DNA from: Eledone cirrhosa
Lineage: Eukaryota
DNA: 64,000 nucleotides
Reading direction: 5' to 3'
NCBI GenBank assembly: GCA_964016885.1
Contig: OZ024741.1
Location: 245,830,001 to 245,894,000 of the forward strand
Shown: in pieces, positions 56,601 through 64,000 of the stretch
Position numbering within the stretch: position 1 is the first letter of the stretch
Layout of the letters: each line of letters starts with the position of its first letter
The notes under the pieces: generated by a model
Databases searched by the model: none
What the model was told of the DNA's origin: nothing
What the model saw: the letters and a program-made list of their open reading frames with translations, nothing else
Position numbers and translations under genes: made by a program

Positions 56601-59600
56601 TTTTTTACAAATTGTCTCCGCCTGATTTTTTTAAATATTATCTTCCCTTGGCTGGCGGGAAATTACCTCCCCTTGGACGGCTGGAAATTATCTGCCCTTG
56701 ATTTTCTTTTTACAAATTATCTTCCACTGATTTTTTTTACAAATTATCTCCACCTGATTTTTTAAAAAATTATCTCCCCTTGGAAGGCTGGAAATTATCT
56801 CCCCTTGGACGGCTAGAAATTATCTCTCTTTGGACGGCTGGAAATTATCACCCCTTGAGTTTTTTACAAATTATCTCCCCCTGATTTTTTTTACAAATCT
56901 CCCAGTGATTTTTTAAAAAAAATTATCTCCCCTTCGCTGGCTGGAAATTATCTCCCCTTGGACGCTGGAAATTATAGCCCCTTGGAGGGCTGGAAATTAT
57001 CTTCCCTTGGACGGCTGGAAATTATCTCCCCTTGATTTTTTTTACAAATTATCTCCCCCTGATTTTTTTTTACAAATTATCTCCCCCTGATGTTTTTTTA
57101 CAACTTATCTGCGCCTGATTTTTTTAAAAAAATTATCTCCCCTTGGACGGCTGGAAATTATCTCCCCTTGGACGGCTGGAAATTATCTCTCCTTGGACGG
57201 CTAGAATTTACCTCTCCTTGGACGGCTGAAAATTATCTCCCCTTGAACGGCTGGAAATTATCTCCCCTTGATTTTTTTTACAAATTATCTCCCCCTTTTT
57301 TTTTTTTACAAATTATCTCCCCCTGATTTTTTTTTACAAATTATCTCCCCCTGATTTTTTTTTACAAATTATCTCCCCCTGATTTTTTTTACAAATTATC
57401 TCCCCCCTGATTTTTTTACAAATTATCTCCCCTTGGCTGGTTGGAAATTATCTCCCCTTGGAGGCTGGAACTTATCTCCCCTTGGACGGCTAGAAATTAC
57501 CTCTCCTTGGACGGCTGGAAAATATGTCTCCTTGGACGGCTGGATATTATCTCCCCTTGGACGGCTGGAAATTATCTCCCCTTGGACGGCTGGAAATTAT
57601 CTCCCCTTGGATGGCTAGATATTACCTCCCCTTGGACGGCTGGAAATTATCTCCCCTTGATTTTTTTAACAAATTATCTCGCCCTGATTTTTTTTACAAA
57701 TTATCTCCCCCTGATTTTTTTAAAAAAATTATCTCCCCCTGATTTTTGTTTACAAATTATCTCCGCCTGATTTTTTTTAACAAATTATCTCCCCTTGGAC
57801 GGCTGGAAATTATCTCCCCTTGGACGGCTGGAAATTATATCTCCTTGGACGGCTAGAATTTACCTCTCCTTGGACGGCTGAAAATTATCTCCCCTTGGAC
57901 GGCTGGAAATTATCTCCCCTTGATTTTTTTTACAAATTATCTCCCCCTGATTTTTTTTTACAAATTATCTCCCCCTGATTTTTTTTTACAAATTATCTCC
58001 CCCTGATTTTTTTTTACAAATTATCTCCCCCTGATTTTTTTACAAATTATCTCCCCTTGGCTGGCTGGAAATTATCTCCCCTTGGAGGCTGGAACTTATC
58101 TCCACTTGGACGGCTAGAAATTACCTCTCCTTGGACGGCTGGAAAATATGTCTCCTTGGACGGCTGGATATTATCTCCCCTTGGACGGCTGGAAATTATC
58201 TCCCCTTGGACGGCTGGAAATTATCTCCCCTTGGATGGCTAGATATTACCTCCCCTTGGACGGCTGGAAATTATCTCCCCTTGATTTTTTTTACAAATTA
58301 TCTCCCCCTGATTTTTTTTTACAAATTATCTCCCCCTGATTTTTTTTTACAAATTATCTCCCCCTGATTTTTGTTTACAAATTATCTCCGCCTGATTTTT
58401 TTTTTAAAATTATCTCCCCTTGGACGGCTGGAAATTATCTCCCCTTGGACGGCTAGAAATTACCTCTCCTTGGACGGCTGAAAATTATCTCCCCTTGGAC
58501 GGCTGGAAATTATCTCCCCTTGATTTTTTTACAAATTATCTCCCCTTGATTTTTTTTTTACAAATTATCTCCCCCTGATTTTTTTTTACAAATTATCTAC
58601 CCCTGATTTTTTTTTACAAATTATCTCCCCCTGATTTTTTTTTACAAATTATCTACCCCTGATTTTTTTTACAAATTATCTCCCCCTGATTTTTTTTACA
58701 AATTATCTCCCCCTGATTTTTTTTTTACAAATTATCTCCCCCTGATTTTTTTACAAATTATCTCCCCCTGATTTTTTTTACAAATTATCTCCGCCGGATT
58801 TTTTTAAATATTATCTTCCCTTGGCTTGCGGGAAATTATCTCCCCTTGGACGGCTGAAAATTATCTCCCCTTGGACGGCTGGAAATTATCTCCCCTTGAT
58901 TTTTTTTACAAATTATCTCCCCCTGATTTTTTTTTACAAATTATCTCCCCCTGATTTTTTTTACAAATTATCTCCCCCTGATTTTTTTTTACAAATTATC
59001 TCCCCCTGATTTTTTTTACAAATTATCTCCCCCTGATTTTTTTTACAAATTATCTCCCCCTGATTTTTTTTTACAAATTATCTCCCCCTGATTTTTTTAC
59101 AAATTATCTCCCCCTGATTTTTTTTACAAATTATCTCCGCCTGATTTTTTAAAATATTATCTTCCCTTGGCTGGCGGGAAATTATCTCCCCTTGGACGGC
59201 TGGAAATTATCTGCCCTTGATTTTCTTTTTACAAATTAACTTCCACTGATTTTTTTTACAAATTATCTCCACCTGATTTTTTTTAAAATTATCTCCCCTT
59301 GGAAGGCTGGAAATTATCTCCCCTTGGCTGGAAATTATCGCCCCTTGGACGGCTAGAAATTATCTCTCTTTGGACGGCTGGAAATTATCACCCCTTGAGT
59401 TTTTTACAAATTATCTCCCCCTGATTTTTTTTACAAATCTCCCAGTGATTTTTAAAAAAAAATTATCTTCCCTTCGCTGGCTGGAAATTATCTCCCCTTG
59501 GACGCTGGAAATTATAGCCCCTTGGAGGGCTGGAAATTATCTTCCCTTGGACGGCTGGAAATTATCTCCCCTTGATTTTTTTTACAAATTATCTCCCCCT

Positions 59601-60179
59601 GATTTTTTTTTACAAATTATCCCCCCCTGATTTTTTTTTACAACTTATCTGCGCCTGATTTTTTTAAAAAAATTATCTCCCCTTGGACGGCTGGAAATTA
59701 TCTCCCCTTGGACGGCTGGAAATTATCTCTCCTTGGACGGCTAGAATTTACCTCTCCTTGGACGGCTGAAAATTATCTCCCCTTGGACGGCTGGAAATTA
59801 TCTCCCCTTGATTTTTTTTACAAATTATCTCCCCCTGATTTTTTTTTACAAATTATCTCCCCCTGATTTTTTTTACAAATTATCTCCCCCTGATTTTTTT
59901 TTACAAATTATCTCCCCCTGATTTTTTTTTACAAATTATCTCCCCCTGATTTTTTTTTACAAATTATCTCCCCCTGATTTTTTTTTACAAATTATCTCCG
60001 CCTGATTTTTTTTAAAAATTACCTCCCCTTGGACGGCTGGAAATTATCTCCCCTTGGACGGCTGGAAATTATCTCCCCTTGGACGGCTAGAAATTATCTC
60101 TCCTTGGACGGCTGAAAATTATCTCCCCTTGGACGGCTGCAAATTATCTCCACTTGATTTTTTTTACAAATTATCTCCC

Positions 60180-63100
60180 CCTGATTTTTTTTACAAATTA
60201 TCTCCCCCTGATTTTTTTTACAAATTATCTACCCCTGATTTTTTTTACAAATTATCTCCCCCTGATTTTTTTACAAATTATCTCCCCCTGATTTTTTTTA
60301 CAATCTCCGCCTGATTTTTTTAAAAATTGTCTTCCCTTGGCTGGCTGGAAATTATCTCCCCTTGGACACTGGAAATTATAGCCCCTTGGAGGGCTGGAAA
60401 TTATCTTCCCTTGGACGGCTGGAAATTATCTCCCCTTGATTTTTTTTACAAATTATCTCCGCCTGATTTTTTTTTACAAATTATCTCCCCCTGATTTTTT
60501 TTTACAAATTATCTACCCCTGATTTTTTTTTACAAATTATCTCCCCCTGATTTTTTTTACAAATTATCTCCCCCTGATTTTTCTTTTACAAATTATCTCC
60601 CCCTGATTTTTTTACAAATTATCTCCCCCTGATTTTTTTTACAAATTATCTCCGCCTGATTTTTTTAAATATTATCTTCCCTTGGCTGGCGGGAAATTAT
60701 CTCCCCTTGGACGGCTGGAAATTATCTGCCCTTGATTTTCTTTTTACAAATTATCTTCCACTGATTTTTTTTACAAATTATCTCCACCTGATTTTTTAAA
60801 AAATTATCTCCCCTTGGAAGGCTGGAAATTATCTCCCCTTGGACGGCTGGAAATTATCTCCCCTTGGACGGCTAGAAATTATCTCTCCTTGGACGGCTGA
60901 AAATTATCTCCCCTTGGACGGCTGCAAATTATCTCCCCTTGATTTTTTTTACAAATTATCTCCCCCTGATTTTTTTTACAAATTATCTCCCCCTGATTTT
61001 TTTACAAATTATCTACCCCTGATTTTTTTTACAAATTATCTCCCCCTGATTTTTTTTTACAAATTATCTCCCCCTGATTTTTTTTTACAAATTATCTCCC
61101 CCTGATTTTTTTTTTATAAATTATCTCCCCCTGATTTTTTTACAAATTATCTCCCCCTGATTTTTTTTACAATCTCCGCCTGATTTTTTTAAAAATTATC
61201 TTCCCTTGGCTGGCGGGAAATTATCTCCCCTTGGACGGCTGGAAATTATCTCCCCTTGGAAGGATGGAAATTATCTCCCCTTGGACGGCTGGAAATTATC
61301 TCCCCTTGCACGGCTGGAAATTATCTCCCCTTGGCTGGAAATTATCTCCCCTTGGACGGCTAGAAATTATCTCTCTTTGGACGGCTGGAAATTATCTCCC
61401 TTTGATTTTTTTTACAAATTATCTCCCTCTGATTTTTTTTACAAATCTCCCCCTGATTTTTTTAAAAAAATTATCTCCCCTTCGCTGGCTGGAAATTATC
61501 TTCCCTTGGACGGCTGGAAATTATCTCCCCTTGATTTTTTTTACAAATTATCTCCGCCTGATTTTTTTTTTAAATTATCTCTCCTTGGACGGCTGGAAAT
61601 TATCTCCCCTTGATTTTTTTTACAAATAATCTCCCCCTGATTTTTTTTTATAAATTATCTCCCCCTGATTTTTTTTTACAAATTATCTACCCCTGATTTT
61701 TTTTTACAAATTATCTCCCCCTGATTTTTTTTACAAATTATCTCCCCCTGATTTTTCTTTTACAAATTATCTCCCCCTGATTTTTTTACAAATTATCTCC
61801 CCCTGATTTTTTTTACAAATTGTCTCCGCCTGATTTTTTTAAATATTATCTTCCCTTGGCTGGCGGGAAATTACCTCCCCTTGGACGGCTGGAAATTATC
61901 TGCCCTTGATTTTCTTTTTACAAATTATCTTCCACTGATTTTTTTTACAAATTATCTCCACCTGATTTTTTAAAAAATTATCTCCCCTTGGAAGGCTGGA
62001 AATTATCTCCCCTTGGACGGCTAGAAATTATCTCTCTTTGGACGGCTGGAAATTATCACCCCTTGAGTTTTTTACAAATTATCTCCCCCTGATTTTTTTT
62101 ACAAATCTCCCAGTGATTTTTTAAAAAAAATTATCTCCCCTTCGCTGGCTGGAAATTATCTCCCCTTGGACGCTGGAAATTATAGCCCCTTGGAGGGCTG
62201 GAAATTATCTTCCCTTGGACGGCTGGAAATTATCTCCCCTTGATTTTTTTTACAAATTATCTCCCCCTGATTTTTTTTTACAAATTATCTCCCCCTGATG
62301 TTTTTTTACAACTTATCTGCGCCTGATTTTTTTAAAAAAATTATCTCCCCTTGGACGGCTGGAAATTATCTCCCCTTGGACGGCTGGAAATTATCTCTCC
62401 TTGGACGGCTAGAATTTACCTCTCCTTGGACGGCTGAAAATTATCTCCCCTTGAACGGCTGGAAATTATCTCCCCTTGATTTTTTTTACAAATTATCTCC
62501 CCCTTTTTTTTTTTTACAAATTATCTCCCCCTGATTTTTTTTTACAAATTATCTCCCCCTGATTTTTTTTTACAAATTATCTCCCCCTGATTTTTTTTAC
62601 AAATTATCTCCCCCTGATTTTTTTTACAAATTATCTCCCCCTGATTTTTTTACAAATTATCTCCCCCTGATTTTTTTTACAAATTATCTACCCCTGATTT
62701 TTTTTACAAATTATCTCCCCCTGATTTTTTTTTACAAATTATCTCCCCCTGATTTCTTTTTACAAATTATCTCCCCCTGATTTTTTTTTTACAAATTATC
62801 TCCCCCTGATTTTTTTACAAAGTATCTCCCCCTGATTTTTTTTACAATCTCCGCCTGATTTTTTTAAAAATTATCTTCCCTTGGCTGGCGGGAAATTATC
62901 TCCCCTTGGACGGCTGGAAATTATCTCCCCTTGGAAGGATGGAAATTATCTCCCCTTGGACGGCTGGAAATTATCTCCCCTTGCACGGCTGGAAATTATC
63001 TCCCCTTGGACGGCTAGAAATTATCTCTCTTTGGACGGCTGGAAATTATCTCCCTTTGATTTTTTTTACAAATTATCTCCCTCTGATTTTTTTTACGAAT

Positions 63101-64000
63101 CTCCCCCTGATTTTTTTTAAAAAATTATCTCCCCTTCGCTGGCTGGAAATTATCTCCCCTTGGACACTGGAAATTATAGCCCCTTGGAGGGCTGGAAATT
63201 ATCTTCCCTTGGACGGCTGGAAATTATCTCCCCCTGATTTTTTTTACAAATTATCTCCGCCTTATTTTTTTAAAAAGTTATCTCTCCTTGGACGGCTGGA
63301 AATTATCTCCCCTTGATTTTTTTTACAAATAATCTCCCCCTGATTTTTTTTTACAAATTATCTCCCCCTGATTTTTTTTTACAAATTATCTACCCCTGAT
63401 TTTCTTTTACAAATTATCTCCCCCTGATTTTTGTTACAAATTATCTCCCCCTGATTTTTCTTTTACAAATTATCTCCCCCTGATTTTTTTTACAAATTAT
63501 CTCCGCCTGATTTTTTTAAATATTATCTTCCCTTGGCTGGCGGGAAATTATCTCCCCTTGGATGGCTGGAAATTATCTGCCCTTGATTTTCTTTTTACAA
63601 ATTATCTTCCACTGATTTTTTTTACAAATTATCTCCACCTGATTTTTTTAAAAATTATCTCCCCTTGGAAGGCTGGAAATTATCTCCCCTTGGCTGGAAA
63701 TTATCTCCCCTTGGACGGCTAGAAATTATCTCTCTTTGTACGGCTGGAAATTATCACCCCTTGAGTTTTTTACAAATTATCTCCCCCTGATTTTTTTTAC
63801 AAATCTCCCAGTGTTTTTTAAAAAAAATTATCTCCCCTTCGCTGGCTGGAAATTATCTCCCCTTGGACGCTGGAAATTATAGCCCCTTGGAGGGCTGGAA
63901 ATTATCTTCCCTTGGACGGCTGGAAATTATCTCCCCTTGATTTTTTTTACAAATTATCTCCCCCTGATTTTTTTTTACAAATTATCTCCCCCTGATTTTT
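60180..64000 (+). repeat. Third copy of the window-start block (offset 60,156 from copy 1, 54,045 from copy 2)
   Basis: ORF pairs 683/60839, 1050/61206, 2142/62298, 2725/62881. Confidence 0.88.

Larger units (their letters stand above)
26345..60250 (+). repeat. ~18.3-kb super-repeat: ~26.35-41.9 kb repeated at ~44.65-60.25 kb (offsets 18,302 / 18,306 / 18,334 / 18,278)
   Basis: More than 20 consecutive ORF pairs, for example 26711/45013 through 33561/51863 at 18,302 and 36457/54791 through 41036/59370 at 18,334. Shared private SNPs occur at 32103/50405, 38215/56549, 39347/57681 and 41006/59340. Confidence 0.9.
1..64000 (+). repeat. Composite satellite DNA array of two interspersed monomers: A = AAATTATCTCCCCTTGGACGGCTGG (25 bp) and B = AAATTATCTCCCCCTGA(T)7-10AC (26-29 bp); head-to-tail, runs off both window edges
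   Basis: Seen directly: the core AAATTATCTCCCC or a 1-2 nt variant recurs every ~21-29 bp on every line. I found no reverse-complement monomers and no non-repeat sequence. Confidence 0.98.

Noticed and set aside
683-63316. The many short + strand ORFs (KLSPLGRLEIISPWTAGNYLPLDGW / KLSPPDFFY repeats) as protein-coding genes
   Set aside because: The 25-bp A monomer has no stop codon in any frame and B has a single TGA, so ORFs arise automatically. They overlap in multiple frames, mostly start at TTG, shift frame with T-tract length, and show no domain or codon-level constraint.
1-64000. CRISPR array (constant repeat plus spacers)
   Set aside because: The core is only 16 bp and non-palindromic. 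The 'spacers' are 9-13 bp and of just two recurring types rather than unique. There is no leader and there are no cas genes.
1-64000. Telomerase-synthesised telomeric repeat (e.g. long 25-bp yeast-type units)
   Set aside because: There is no match to a telomere motif I recognise. Kilobase-scale inheritance of SNPs and T-tract lengths indicates DNA-level duplication, not re-templating from an RNA. A subtelomeric location is not excluded.
1-64000. Rho-independent or Pol III terminators at T-tracts; Shine-Dalgarno-like AAGGGGAG on the - strand
   Set aside because: There are no upstream GC hairpins, no associated genes and no - strand ORFs. These motifs are by-products of the monomer.
1-64000. 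Transposon insertion, inversion or embedded unique sequence
   Set aside because: None was seen on reading through. All segments parse as A/B monomers or small variants in one orientation, although a very short insertion could be missed by eye.
1-64000. Pure sequencing artefact or synthetic data-storage DNA
   Set aside because: Hierarchically shared SNPs, copy-private mutations and chimeric junctions fit natural satellite evolution. Local misassembly cannot be excluded without reads.

Overview
The whole 64-kb window is one uninterrupted, head-to-tail, single-orientation tandem repeat (satellite DNA) array. It has no recognisable genes, RNA genes, transposons or unique sequence. It is built from two short monomers that share a 16-bp core AAATTATCTCCCC(T/C)TG. 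Type A is the core plus the GC-rich tail GACGGCTGG (25 bp). Type B is the core plus the AT-rich tail A(T)7-10AC (26-29 bp). Runs of A and runs of B alternate, giving roughly 2,400 monomers (estimated as 64,000/~26). Stereotyped variant monomers mark the A/B junctions. Above the monomer level is an irregular, nested higher-order structure: near-identical blocks recur at offsets of 210, 1,781, ~4,030, ~4,327, 4,346, 5,094, 6,111, 6,769, ~15,200, ~18,300 and 54,045/60,156 bp. These offsets were read from identical ORF-track entries and spot-checked with private SNPs. All listed ORFs are translation artefacts of the repeat. The architecture fits eukaryotic (peri)centromeric or subtelomeric satellite DNA, but the organism, locus and function cannot be determined from the sequence alone. 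I see no protein-coding system. The notable feature is the two-monomer, rule-bound satellite architecture itself.
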